A stretch of 38,249 bases of DNA from a virus (IMGVR_UViG_3300027804_000115:1-38249), one strand, 5' to 3'; shown: positions 1 through 8,827, counted from the first letter of the stretch. The notes: a model not told the origin generated them from the sequence alone. A program made the numbers and translations.

Positions 1-42
1 CGGTGGGTTTCTGCGGAGACTTTGATTGGCCTGCTGGAGTGA
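1..42 (+). CDS. 3' end of a truncated upstream gene
   Basis: Frame 1 is open (RWVSAETLIGLLE) to TGA at 40-42, directly abutting the next start codon at 43. Confidence 0.45.
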   Translation, partial: RWVSAETLIGLLE

Positions 43-303
43 GTGACTATGAACAAGTGTCCCTATTGCGGATCCAATTTGCGTTATGACTGCCCTGTCG
101 AGTGGCGGTGCGGGAGCGTGAGTAATGTCTATCGCAGCAGGGCGTGCTTGGTGTTGGAGGTTGGCCTGCTGAAGGATCGTGTGAAGCGGTTGGAGGAGGC
201 CGGGGATAGATTGGCCGATTGGCATTTGTCGGTAGTCACTACGCACGAGACGGCGAAAAGACACGTCGAGCGATGGAACAAAGCCAAGGAGACCAAGCCG
301 TGA
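43..303 (+). CDS. Hypothetical phage protein with N-terminal Zn-ribbon-like Cys motif and coiled coil
   Basis: CPYCGS...CGS...RSRAC followed by VKRLEEAGDRLA; stop overlaps the next GTG (GTGA). Start may be ATG at 49. Confidence 0.75.
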   Translation: MTMNKCPYCGSNLRYDCPVEWRCGSVSNVYRSRACLVLEVGLLKDRVKRLEEAGDRLADWHLSVVTTHETAKRHVERWNKAKETKP

Positions 304-1079
304 CACCCGACACACGAGCATCCGTCTGGTCCTGCGGTGGCGGAACCCAATCCGTCGCCATCGGAGCCTTAATCGTGCAAGGACGCCTTCCGAAGCCGGA
401 CTTCGCTGTTATCGCCGACACCGGCCTGGAGAAGCAGAGCACCTGGGACTATCTAGAAGGAACGCTTGCCCCTGCACTAGCCTCCGTCGGCGTCACCATT
501 CACCGCGTGAAGCGGTCGGAGTGGGCTCCAAAATGGTCGAATGATCTATTCGCAACATCCGGCCAACTTCTGATCCCAGCCTTTACCGACGAATCTGGTC
601 AAACGGGCAAACTGACTGCGTATTGCTCATCGGGTTGGAAAAAGCAAGTGGTGGACCGCTGGCTTTCCGTAAATCACGGGATCACCGAATCGAAACGGCA
701 GAAGTGGCTCGGTTTTTCATTCGATGAACAGCGTCGATGGGTGAAGCATCACGGAAAGCCGGACATTCGGCTCCCGCTGGTGGACGACGTTCGGATGAGG
801 CGTCGCGAGTGCGTATACATTGTCGAATCTATGGGCTGGCCAACGCCGCCGCGCTCCAACTGCTGGATGTGTCCAAATCAGTCGGATGATGAGTGGCGCG
901 AGACGATCGCCAATCGCCCGGACGAGTTCGCGGCGGCCGTGAAGCTCGACGCTGAATTACGAGAACGTGACCCGCATCTGTGGCTGCATGGTGAGTGCAA
1001 GCCGTTGGGTCAGGTCGACTTTTCAAAACCGCAAATGGAATTCACTAGGGCGTGCGACTCCGGGGAGTGCTTCACATGA
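300..1079 (+). CDS. PAPS reductase-like (PP-loop, putative Fe-S) phage protein
   Basis: SCGGGTQS PP-loop variant, ADTGLE, SNCWMCP and terminal CDSGECF. GTG at 300 overlaps the upstream TGA. Confidence 0.8.
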   Translation: MTPDTRASVWSCGGGTQSVAIGALIVQGRLPKPDFAVIADTGLEKQSTWDYLEGTLAPALASVGVTIHRVKRSEWAPKWSNDLFATSGQLLIPAFTDESGQTGKLTAYCSSGWKKQVVDRWLSVNHGITESKRQKWLGFSFDEQRRWVKHHGKPDIRLPLVDDVRMRRRECVYIVESMGWPTPPRSNCWMCPNQSDDEWRETIANRPDEFAAAVKLDAELRERDPHLWLHGECKPLGQVDFSKPQMEFTRACDSGECFT

Positions 1080-1309
1080 CCATCCGCACCGAGATCGCTG
1101 GAAATCCCTGCATCGTCACCATGCCTGACGAAGGTGGTCAGACCCGCATCCGTGGGCGGGTGTGGAGGTGGGAGTACATCCATGGGATGCTTGGCCTGCT
1201 CCGCAAAGACGGCGAGCCGATGAGCATGAGTGCATGGCCGGGTGAGAAACATCCGTTGTGGCGGGCTGTGCGTCGGTGGGAGAAGAGGAATGGGAGGGGG
1301 AAACGATGA
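1076..1309 (+). CDS. Hypothetical protein
   Basis: ATGA overlaps at both ends; Trp/Arg-rich, 77 aa. Confidence 0.65.
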   Translation: MTIRTEIAGNPCIVTMPDEGGQTRIRGRVWRWEYIHGMLGLLRKDGEPMSMSAWPGEKHPLWRAVRRWEKRNGRGKR

Positions 1310-1596
1310 GCGATACACCGAGGACGGATGTGGAATCCAAATGTGGTCAAGGAGTGCGCGGTCGCTGCTATGTCAGCGTCAACTTCTCCATGCAACTGGA
1401 GCGCGAGCTTCAGGAGGCTCAAGAGCGGATTCGAATGCTCATCGCCGAGCGAGACACGGCGAGGATGCAGGCAGACCAGAACTGGAAGCTGCGGGAGGAG
1501 TTCACGGCGTTGCTTGGGACGGATGATGTAGGGGAAGCGGTGCGTGAGCTGAAGCGATGGAAGGCGCAACAGATTTCAACAACACAAACCAAATGA
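1306..1596 (+). CDS. Hypothetical phage protein (MSDTPRTD...LEREL coiled-coil type)
   Basis: N-terminal SDTPRTD and QLEREL motifs that recur in small phage proteins; ATGA-coupled. Confidence 0.75.
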   Translation: MSDTPRTDVESKCGQGVRGRCYVSVNFSMQLERELQEAQERIRMLIAERDTARMQADQNWKLREEFTALLGTDDVGEAVRELKRWKAQQISTTQTK

Positions 1597-1613
1597 ACAA
1601 CATGAACAACATG
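1593..1613 (+). repeat. 9-bp tandem repeat ATGAACAAC x2 + ATG (three in-frame starts)
   Basis: atgaacaac atgaacaac atg read directly. Confidence 0.8.
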
Positions 1614-2189
1614 AAGAGAACACTGATGGCAATTGGATTGGCCTACACAACGCAGGCCGCGACGGTGGTTCACACCGTGACGATCAACCCCACGCTGACG
1701 GACTGGTCGGTAACGAACCGGGTCCCGCAGTTCGATGCGCGACTCGGGAAGCTGCGCTCCGTCCAGGTGACCGTGTCCGCGAACGCAGCGGGGCGGTCTG
1801 AGTACGTGTCGCTGGACCGAGGCTGGCGGTTGCCGGTGTCGTTGGCTGTGACCAACGCGGTGTCGGCGCGGGCTGGTACGCTGACTGCCTTCAACTCAAT
1901 CACAGTGGCGGGAAGCTCAAGCGTGACATTTGGAGTGACCAACGTGGACACGTTCAGCGTGTCGTTGGGGAAGGCAGTATTGACCAACGCGAACCTCGGT
2001 GTGTTCGTTGGGACCAACACGCTGCCGGTGATCACCACTGCGACTGCGCGGACTTGGTACGCTGGTCCTGGGGACTTCACGTTGCGCTGGGACACGCGAG
2101 CGTCCGCGGTGGCTACTGTGGCCTACACGTTCGACGGACGCTGTGAGGACGACGACAAGGACTCCGACAAGGACAAGGACGGACGATGA
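1593..2189 (+). CDS. Secreted choice-of-anchor E-like domain protein without a C-terminal sorting signal
   Basis: Signal-peptide-like MKRTLMAIGLAYTTQA/AT; TDW...PQFDARLGKLRSV, FVGTNTLPV, ASAVATVAYTF pattern; charged tail in place of PEP-CTERM. Alternative ATGs at 1602 and 1611. Confidence 0.7.
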   Translation: MNNMNNMKRTLMAIGLAYTTQAATVVHTVTINPTLTDWSVTNRVPQFDARLGKLRSVQVTVSANAAGRSEYVSLDRGWRLPVSLAVTNAVSARAGTLTAFNSITVAGSSSVTFGVTNVDTFSVSLGKAVLTNANLGVFVGTNTLPVITTATARTWYAGPGDFTLRWDTRASAVATVAYTFDGRCEDDDKDSDKDKDGR

Positions 2190-2422
2190 GTGAGCAAATC
2201 AACGACGGAGGACCGGCGCTTCCGACTGCGGACGCATACCACCCAAGTGGACAGATTGCGTATGGGAGAAAGGGAATGACACTGCGCGACTGGTTCGCGG
2301 GGCAGGCGTTGGCGGGGTTGCTGGCTGGAAGGGGAAACAATGGAGATAAAGCTCCAAACTGGGCCAATGGCTCATACGCCATCGCCGACGCCATGCTCAA
2401 AGCCCGTGGAGGTGGTAAGTGA
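2186..2422 (+). CDS. Conserved small phage protein (GGPAFP...GMTLRDYFA family)
   Basis: NDGGPALP...GMTLRDWFAGQALAG...SYAIADAMLKAR. Confidence 0.85.
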   Translation: MSEQINDGGPALPTADAYHPSGQIAYGRKGMTLRDWFAGQALAGLLAGRGNNGDKAPNWANGSYAIADAMLKARGGGK

Positions 2423-2565
2423 ACAAGACCTGCGATTTCTGCGGATCGTGCGTTGCAACCATCGCCGCCTCGTTTGCGGACTATGAGTGCGGAACCACAT
2501 GGTCCGAGATCGATGGTTGGGAACGATCCATGCGATGCCGCGAGTCAGCAAAGGGGGATGAGTGA
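2419..2565 (+). CDS. Small Cys4 Zn-finger-like protein (48 aa, not in ORF track)
   Basis: MNKTCDFCGS...YECGT...RSMRC; GTGA overlaps at both ends and fills the gap exactly. Confidence 0.7.
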   Translation: MNKTCDFCGSCVATIAASFADYECGTTWSEIDGWERSMRCRESAKGDE

Positions 2566-2999
2566 AATCCCTGTGCGTATTTGTGCCTGGGCTACCCGTT
2601 GGCCAACCGAGACCTCGCGCAACGTCGTTTGGAGGCAGGGCTAGGATGTACGATCCCGGCACCAGTAATGAGTGGAAGGCGTGCGTCATCCATGCGGTGC
2701 GCGGGAATGCTGGCCTGTTCCCGGCGGGCATTCCGGTGCGGTGTGATCTGACGTTCTACCTACAGAGGCCCAAGGCTCACTACGGGAGCGGGAAGAACGC
2801 CAACGTGCTGAAGGGATCGGCTCCAACGCGGCCTACCGGGAAACCGGACCGGGACAACTTGGAGAAGGCTGTGCTCGACGCACTCACGTCCGCTGGGGTC
2901 TGGCACGATGATTCGCAGGTCACTGATGGGAGGCTGCGGAAGCGGTACGCAACCGTGAACACGGGATGCGAGATCAGAATCACGGAAGACATCGAGTGA
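2562..2999 (+). CDS. rusA: RusA-family Holliday junction resolvase
   Basis: PVGQPRPR, KPDRDNLEKAVLDAL and DDSQV catalytic motifs. Confidence 0.92.
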   Translation: MKSLCVFVPGLPVGQPRPRATSFGGRARMYDPGTSNEWKACVIHAVRGNAGLFPAGIPVRCDLTFYLQRPKAHYGSGKNANVLKGSAPTRPTGKPDRDNLEKAVLDALTSAGVWHDDSQVTDGRLRKRYATVNTGCEIRITEDIE

Positions 3000-3166
3000 A
3001 GCTCAGGAAGAAAAAGGCGTGGCTGGTGATTGGTGCGAGACAGATCAAACCGACGCTGTGGATCTCCACGGGTATCGTCCCGGAAGTGTTTGGAGATTCG
3101 CGGTTCCGGGTGCTTCGCATCGTCGCCAGCAACGCCAGACGCAGAGGATGGAAGATTGAGCTATGA
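2996..3166 (+). CDS. Small basic hypothetical protein
   Basis: GTGA/ATGA coupling on both sides. Confidence 0.55.
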   Translation: MKLRKKKAWLVIGARQIKPTLWISTGIVPEVFGDSRFRVLRIVASNARRRGWKIEL

Positions 3167-3561
3167 AGATTGATTTACCTAGCCGTGAGTACATGAAGCA
3201 GTTCATGCCCAAGGTCGCGGCGCGGATACCGGATAAGCCCATCAAGGAACCCAAGCGCGAGAAGCCGGTGGCTTTGCCGAAGAACAATACCAAGCTGAGT
3301 GAAGCCAAGCAGAAGATGATCTGGAAGCTGCACACGGCGGGGCGTAGCACGCGGGAGGTTGCTGCTCTTGTAGGGTGCTGCCACGCATCGGTGTACAAGT
3401 ACACGGTGAACGGCAAACGGCAGTGGCGACGGACGAGCGACGAGGATCGCAAGGAGATTATCCGGTTGCGGTCCGAGGGCGTGACGTACACTGCTTTGGC
3501 GAAGAAATTCAAAAGATCACTCCAGACTGTCTGGGGGATCGTCAATGGGAGGCTCAAGTGA
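3163..3561 (+). CDS. Tandem helix-turn-helix DNA-binding protein
   Basis: Two HTH units: GRSTREVAALVGCCHASVYKY and GVTYTALAKKFKRSLQTVWGIV. Confidence 0.75.
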   Translation: MKIDLPSREYMKQFMPKVAARIPDKPIKEPKREKPVALPKNNTKLSEAKQKMIWKLHTAGRSTREVAALVGCCHASVYKYTVNGKRQWRRTSDEDRKEIIRLRSEGVTYTALAKKFKRSLQTVWGIVNGRLK

Positions 3562-3680
3562 ATCTGTTTCTGGAGATCTGGTGTGTGTCCTACGCGGTGG
3601 CGCAGTTGGCCTGCATGTGGGTGTGTCTGTGTGAGTTTGGATTCCTGTTCCGCAACCTGTCGAAGAAGGACCACCAATGA
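3558..3680 (+). CDS. Small hydrophobic (single-TM) protein
   Basis: MNLFLEIWCVSYAVAQLACMWVCLCEFGFLF; coupled by GTGA/ATGA overlaps. Confidence 0.55.
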   Translation: MNLFLEIWCVSYAVAQLACMWVCLCEFGFLFRNLSKKDHQ

Positions 3681-4318
3681 ATGTGAAATCTGTCAGTGTG
3701 ACTGTCCCATTGTTTGGGGGAGCGAAGACGGCGGAAGAGCTGATGGTGTACTGCGCGAGGGTCAGCAATCCGAAGAACCAAGAGAACTACGACACGGGGC
3801 ACAAGCTGTTGGCCTACTGTCTACGCAACGGGCACTGGTCGGTGTTTGAGATGGCGGATTGGACGGTGGAGATCGAGACCTCCAGAGCGATTGCAGCGCA
3901 GATTCTGCGGCATCGGAGCTTCTCGTTCCAGGAGTTCAGCCAGCGGTATGCCGAGGTGCAGGGGTTTGAGCCGGTGGAACTCCGTACCCAGGACCCAAAG
4001 AACCGGCAGGCCAGTGGCAACAAGGTGGATGACTGGGCGTTGAACCGTGAGGTGGCCGAGACCTTGGACATCTGCCTCAAGAGCTACGACTTGCTGCTGT
4101 CCAACGGTGTCAGCCGGGAGACTGCACGCATGGTGTTGCCGCTCTGTACGCGCACGAATCTGTACATGAAGGGCAACGTGCGGTCATGGATCCACTACCT
4201 GAAGGTGCGTACCGGCAACGGCACGCAGAAGGAGCATCAAGAGATCGCAAGGATGATTGGCCATCTCTTTGAGATCCAGTTCCCTGTGATTGCACAAGCC
4301 ATGAAGGAGGCCCAATGA
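3677..4318 (+). CDS. thyX: FAD-dependent thymidylate synthase
   Basis: GHWSVFE, RHRSFSFQEFSQRY signature, ETARMVLP, TQKEH. Confidence 0.96.
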   Translation: MNVKSVSVTVPLFGGAKTAEELMVYCARVSNPKNQENYDTGHKLLAYCLRNGHWSVFEMADWTVEIETSRAIAAQILRHRSFSFQEFSQRYAEVQGFEPVELRTQDPKNRQASGNKVDDWALNREVAETLDICLKSYDLLLSNGVSRETARMVLPLCTRTNLYMKGNVRSWIHYLKVRTGNGTQKEHQEIARMIGHLFEIQFPVIAQAMKEAQ

Positions 4319-4482
4319 AGTTCCTGTTCTACGTCGAGTTCCGGTGCCCGGTAAATCGTGAATGGAAACGGTGGAACGCCGTGTACGAAGATGCACTGGA
4401 AGCCATCCGGCAGATCCGCAAACGCCAGAAGTACGATGACACGTTCGAACGCCGCGTCGTAAGCATCTGCCAGAAAGGTTGA
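4315..4482 (+). CDS. Hypothetical protein (55 aa, not in ORF track)
   Basis: ATGA overlap with thyX; open to TGA one base before the terminase ATG. Confidence 0.6.
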   Translation: MKFLFYVEFRCPVNREWKRWNAVYEDALEAIRQIRKRQKYDDTFERRVVSICQKG

Positions 4483-4483
4483 C

Positions 4484-5959
4484 ATGGCCAAGATATCAGG
4501 CTGGCAGAAGGCCAAGCTCATCAAGGAACTGAATCTCGCCAAGAACTGGCCGAGGCTCATGTTCGGGATGGAAATCTACCCGTGGCAGGAAGCCGTACTG
4601 GATGCTGCGGACTTCAAGCACTCCAAGGTGGCCCTCAAGGCAGCCAACGGCAGCGGAAAGACATCCATCGTGGCAGCCAGCCTGATCATCTGGCACATGT
4701 GCCGGTTTCCCGGAAGCCTGGTGGTGTGTACAGCGGGCGTTTACCGGCAGGTCCAAGACGCTCTGTGGCCTCACTTGAGGAAGTTGGCCAATGGTTTGGG
4801 CGGTGAAGACGTTGGATTCCGCATCGTGGACGGTGAAATCACGTACACCAGACGCGGATCCAACATGCCGCCGGCACGGTGCATCGGGTTTTCAGCTTCC
4901 AACCCGGAGAAAGCCGAGGGTTGGCACGGTCAAGGACAGGGCGACAACCTGCTGTACATCATCGACGAGGCCAAATCCGTTCAGGACGGCATCTTCCAGT
5001 CGATGGAACGCTGCCAACCCACGCGCACGCTGCTCATGTCGTCGCCGGGTGGTGCCAGTGGGTACTTCTACGAGATATTCCGGCGTAATGACGGCAAGTG
5101 GAAGACCTTTACCGTTACCGCACACGACTGTCCGCACATCAAGAAGGACTGGATCAACGACCAGATCGAGCGATGGGGCGAGAATCACCCGCTGGTGCGC
5201 TCGATGATCTATGCCGAGTTCATGGAGGACGACGGTTCCCTCACGGCAGTCAAGACGGCGGACTGGCAGAAGGCGGTTTCCAACCCACCGGAGGCCAAGG
5301 AGAAGGGGGAACGGCTCATGGCGGGGTGCGACTTCTCTGCCGGTGGCGACGAGAGCGTACTGGCGGTGCGCCAGGGCAATGTGATCAAGGGATTGGTGAC
5401 GTGGCGGGATCGCGACACCATGAATTCCATCGGGAAGTTCATCCACCAGTTCAGGAAATGGAGCTTGCGACCCGAAGACATCTACGCGGACGCCGGCGGC
5501 ATGGGTATCGTGATGTGCGATGCGCTCAAGTCCGAGGGATGGGACGTGAACCGTGTGAATTTCGGTGAGAAAGCCATCCGGGACGATCAATTCGTCTCCA
5601 GAGGCGCAGAAATGTGGATCGAGTTCGGAAGATCCATCGAAAAGAACGAGATTGTTCTGGGGCCAGCGGGCAACGACGAGATCACGCTCAACCAGTTCAT
5701 CAATCGCAAGGTCCGCACCAACGGCAAAGGCAAACTCGCTCTGGAAGGCAAGGACGAGCTGCGCTCCCGAGGCATCAACTCGCCGGATCGAGCGGATGCA
5801 CTGGTACTGGCCTTCTGTGCTGCCGGTGGCAGACGCATGGACGAGTACTTCCGCGCCTTGGGTGAGGATGGGAAGAGCCTTTTGCAGCGGATGGAGGATG
5901 AAATCGGGCCAATCGAGCCGGATTCAGGTCCGCTTGCAGGTTGCGAGGTCGGTGGATAA
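4484..5959 (+). CDS. terL: Terminase large subunit
   Basis: Walker A AANGSGKT, Walker B IIDEA, nuclease GCDFSAGGDE and SPDRADAL; precedes portal. Confidence 0.95.
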   Translation: MAKISGWQKAKLIKELNLAKNWPRLMFGMEIYPWQEAVLDAADFKHSKVALKAANGSGKTSIVAASLIIWHMCRFPGSLVVCTAGVYRQVQDALWPHLRKLANGLGGEDVGFRIVDGEITYTRRGSNMPPARCIGFSASNPEKAEGWHGQGQGDNLLYIIDEAKSVQDGIFQSMERCQPTRTLLMSSPGGASGYFYEIFRRNDGKWKTFTVTAHDCPHIKKDWINDQIERWGENHPLVRSMIYAEFMEDDGSLTAVKTADWQKAVSNPPEAKEKGERLMAGCDFSAGGDESVLAVRQGNVIKGLVTWRDRDTMNSIGKFIHQFRKWSLRPEDIYADAGGMGIVMCDALKSEGWDVNRVNFGEKAIRDDQFVSRGAEMWIEFGRSIEKNEIVLGPAGNDEITLNQFINRKVRTNGKGKLALEGKDELRSRGINSPDRADALVLAFCAAGGRRMDEYFRALGEDGKSLLQRMEDEIGPIEPDSGPLAGCEVGG

Positions 5960-5974
5960 CGCTTGGAGGAGATG

Positions 5975-7852
5975 ATGACAGACAAACAACGGCAAAATCT
6001 GCAAGGGCAGATCGAAGAAGCTGTCGATCAGCGGCAGCCGTGGGAAACGCGCCAGACACGCTGGTACGAACTCCGTCATCATGGGCTCCGCCGGCAGAAC
6101 AAGCCGTGGCTCAAGGCAGCAGACCTGCATTGGCCCCTCATCGACACTGCCATCGAGAAGCTGAAGCCACTCTTCCTACAGCAAGCCCTCGGAATGGACG
6201 TTGTTGCCACGTTCGTACCGATGCGCCAGCAGCTCAACGCCTACACACGGGTGGCCGAGGACTGGTTCAACTACAAGATCCGAGAGAAGACCAACTTCAC
6301 CGACGAGGTGTTGTCCTGGGTGGACTACACCCTCATGTCCGGTCGCGGTGTCCTCAAGTGCTACTGGAACCCCGGCGACAAACGCGTGGGTTTCGAGGCC
6401 ATCGATCCCCTCTACTTCTTGGTGCCGGCCTACACCGTCGATCTTCAGGACGCCGATTGGATGGCGCAGGTCATGCCGATGTCCATCGCCGCATACAAGC
6501 GCATGGCCCGCCAGTACGGATGGAAAGCCGATTCCAAGACCATCGAGCGCATCCGAGGCAACCCCAACGACGACAACATTCCCGGAACCAATCTGGAGTC
6601 GTCCGCCAAACAGCTTCGCGAAGGCATCACGTACACCACCAACACCGACGGTGTCATCGTCTGGGAAGTGTACCGCAAGCGCGACGACGGCAAGTGGGAG
6701 GTCTACACCTACTCGCCGGCTGCCGTGGATCTCGACCTGCGGGATCCCATGGAACTGCCCTACGACCATGGCCAAGCTCCGTTCGTAGACTTCCCATACG
6801 AGATCAAGGACAAGGGTTGGTTCTCGCCTCGCGGCGTGTGCGAAATCCTAGCTCCGTTCGAACTGAGCCTCACGTCGATGTGGAACCACAAGCACGACGC
6901 GATGACGCTCTACAACCGCCCGCTGTTCCGGGCAGAGCGCGAGATCCCCAACTCCATCAACCTGCGGTTCCAACCCGGTCAGATCCTACCTTACGGCGTG
7001 GCACCCGTGACCATGCCGCAACCGCCCATCTCCTTCGATCAGGAGATGATGTCCACACGGTCCATCGCCGAGAACCGCATCGGTTCGCCGGATTACGCCA
7101 TGTCCACCGCGATGTCCGGTGGCAGCGACCGACGCACCGCTACCGAGATCCAGTCCATCAACGCGCAGTCCATGCAGTCCGGTGACTTGCGTGCGCGACT
7201 CTTCCGTATGGCTCTCGGTAAGCTCTACCGCCAAGCGTGGAGCCTGTACATCCAGTACGATTCCAAGAGCCTGCGCTACCGATTCGCCGAGGACTCGCTC
7301 GAGGCCGATCCCGTGGCCCTCCACGACCAGTACGAGCTGGAGCCCAAGGGCGGCATGGACATGGTCAGCCGACAGATGATGATCCAGCAGGCCATCAACC
7401 GGAAACAGCTCTTCCAGAACTCGCCGTGGATCGACCAGGTGGAGTTGGACAAGTCGATCATGGAGCTGGACGACCCGTCGTTGATCAAGCGATTGCTGCG
7501 GGATCCCGGTCAGAAGGCCCAGGACGAACTGGAGGACGAGACCAAGACCATCCCGACACTGCTGGTGGGTATCCCGGTGCCGGCCAAGCCCGGTCAGAAC
7601 TTCGCCGGTCGTATCGGTGTCCTCATGCAGTACCTGAATGGTGCCATGCAGCAGGGCCAGCAGTTCACGCCGGCTGCCCAGCAGGCGTTCATGACGCGGC
7701 TCGATTCACTCCTGCAAGGCTACGAGCAGGTGTCCACCAACGAGGCCCGCAAGCTCCGCAAAGAGATCCAGAAGTTCCTTGAATCCACTGGGATGCTCCA
7801 ACCGCAACAACCGCAGATGCAGGCTCCCGCCGCTCCCGCTCCCGTACAATGA
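5975..7852 (+). CDS. Portal protein
   Basis: ~625 aa directly after terL; RTATEI motif and Gln-rich helical C-terminus typical of podovirus portals; GGAGG at 5965-5969. Confidence 0.88.
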   Translation: MTDKQRQNLQGQIEEAVDQRQPWETRQTRWYELRHHGLRRQNKPWLKAADLHWPLIDTAIEKLKPLFLQQALGMDVVATFVPMRQQLNAYTRVAEDWFNYKIREKTNFTDEVLSWVDYTLMSGRGVLKCYWNPGDKRVGFEAIDPLYFLVPAYTVDLQDADWMAQVMPMSIAAYKRMARQYGWKADSKTIERIRGNPNDDNIPGTNLESSAKQLREGITYTTNTDGVIVWEVYRKRDDGKWEVYTYSPAAVDLDLRDPMELPYDHGQAPFVDFPYEIKDKGWFSPRGVCEILAPFELSLTSMWNHKHDAMTLYNRPLFRAEREIPNSINLRFQPGQILPYGVAPVTMPQPPISFDQEMMSTRSIAENRIGSPDYAMSTAMSGGSDRRTATEIQSINAQSMQSGDLRARLFRMALGKLYRQAWSLYIQYDSKSLRYRFAEDSLEADPVALHDQYELEPKGGMDMVSRQMMIQQAINRKQLFQNSPWIDQVELDKSIMELDDPSLIKRLLRDPGQKAQDELEDETKTIPTLLVGIPVPAKPGQNFAGRIGVLMQYLNGAMQQGQQFTPAAQQAFMTRLDSLLQGYEQVSTNEARKLRKEIQKFLESTGMLQPQQPQMQAPAAPAPVQ

Positions 7853-8075
7853 TCTCCTGTAAACAGTGCAAATTCTTCCTAGCGGGTTCGTGCCACCGAT
7901 ATCCCCCGACAGGGAGGCCAAGCTGCTTTCCGTCGGTCAATCAGCAGGACTGGTGTGGGGAGTTCAATCCCATTGGCTTGAGACCTGCCAATCCTGCGGC
8001 GACTCCTTCTACGTCACCGAATGCCGCCTCTCAGAGCGCGGTGAAACCTTCTGCCGCAACTGTTTTAAGGAATAA
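7849..8075 (+). pseudogene. Cys-rich protein apparently split by a -1 frameshift near 7965-7975
   Basis: Frame from 7849 gives CKQCKF..CHRYPP..FPSV..DWCGEF then low-information sequence running into the next gene; the -1 frame carries CQSC...CRNC and stops 5 nt before the next ATG. Confidence 0.5.
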
Positions 8076-8080
8076 CATCC

Positions 8081-8326
8081 ATGGCCAAGTACCAAGGCAA
8101 GGAAGTCTCGCTCAACAAACCCTTCTACACTCCCGGCGAACAGAAGAAGAAAGCCGTGTACGTGCTAAACCCGAAGGGAACAGTGATCAAGGTCCGGTTC
8201 GGGGACCCAAACATGGAGATCAAACGGGACAACCCGGAGCGCAGAAAGAACTTCCGCGCACGCCATAACTGCGACACGGCAACCGACAAGACCTCGCCCA
8301 AGTACTGGTCCTGCAAAGCCTGGTGA
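8081..8326 (+). CDS. Conserved small basic viral protein (FGDPNM...FRARHNC...YWSC)
   Basis: Motif seen in many phage head regions; AAGGA upstream. Confidence 0.85.
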   Translation: MAKYQGKEVSLNKPFYTPGEQKKKAVYVLNPKGTVIKVRFGDPNMEIKRDNPERRKNFRARHNCDTATDKTSPKYWSCKAW

Positions 8327-8330
8327 CTTT

Positions 8331-8507
8331 ATGAAGAAACAGTCCAAATCAAACAAACACTTCAGCAAACTGGCTTCCCAACTCAAGAAAGAGGGGGCCG
8401 ACGATCCCAAGGCTCTCGCTGCCTACATCGGGCGCAAGAAGCTCGGCAAGGAAGCCTTCCAGAAGAAGGCTGCCGCTGGGCTCCGCAAAGCCGCCAAGAA
8501 GAAATGA
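8331..8507 (+). CDS. Small Lys/Ala-rich basic protein (58 aa, not in ORF track)
   Basis: DPKALAAYIGRKKLGKEAFQKKAAAG; ATGA overlap with the next gene. Confidence 0.75.
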   Translation: MKKQSKSNKHFSKLASQLKKEGADDPKALAAYIGRKKLGKEAFQKKAAAGLRKAAKKK

Positions 8508-8827
8508 TCAGGCTACTCGACCGGATCAAGGCAGCATGGATCTTCACGCGGCACCAGAAATGGGTCGCGTCCGAGCAGTGGACAAAGCAGGACGCCGAGC
8601 GACTTGAGGCATTCCTCAAGTCCGACACTGGCAAGAGGTTCAAGAACGTCCTGCTCAACACCGTGCTCATGCAGAATGCCGCCGCGATCACTGATAGAAA
8701 CCAGTTGCCTTATTCGTGCGGCTTCGCCATGGGTCAGTCCAGTTTGGTGAAGGTCATCGAAGTGATGGCCAACGCTGAATCCATTTCGGATCAGGATACA
8801 GACCCGGATTCTGATACGAGCAACTAA
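8504..8827 (+). CDS. Hypothetical head-region protein
   Basis: 107 aa between portal and scaffold; normal codon usage. Confidence 0.75.
   Translation: MIRLLDRIKAAWIFTRHQKWVASEQWTKQDAERLEAFLKSDTGKRFKNVLLNTVLMQNAAAITDRNQLPYSCGFAMGQSSLVKVIEVMANAESISDQDTDPDSDTSN

Noticed and set aside
5941-7185. 414-aa alternative-frame ORF over the portal
   Set aside because: Arg/His/Pro-rich off-frame translation typical of high-GC DNA; no motifs or start signal, unlike the methyltransferase overlap.
7849-8268. 139-aa ORF as annotated in the track
   Set aside because: Its C-terminal half overlaps the well-supported 8081-8326 gene and lacks features; only the first ~42 codons look real.
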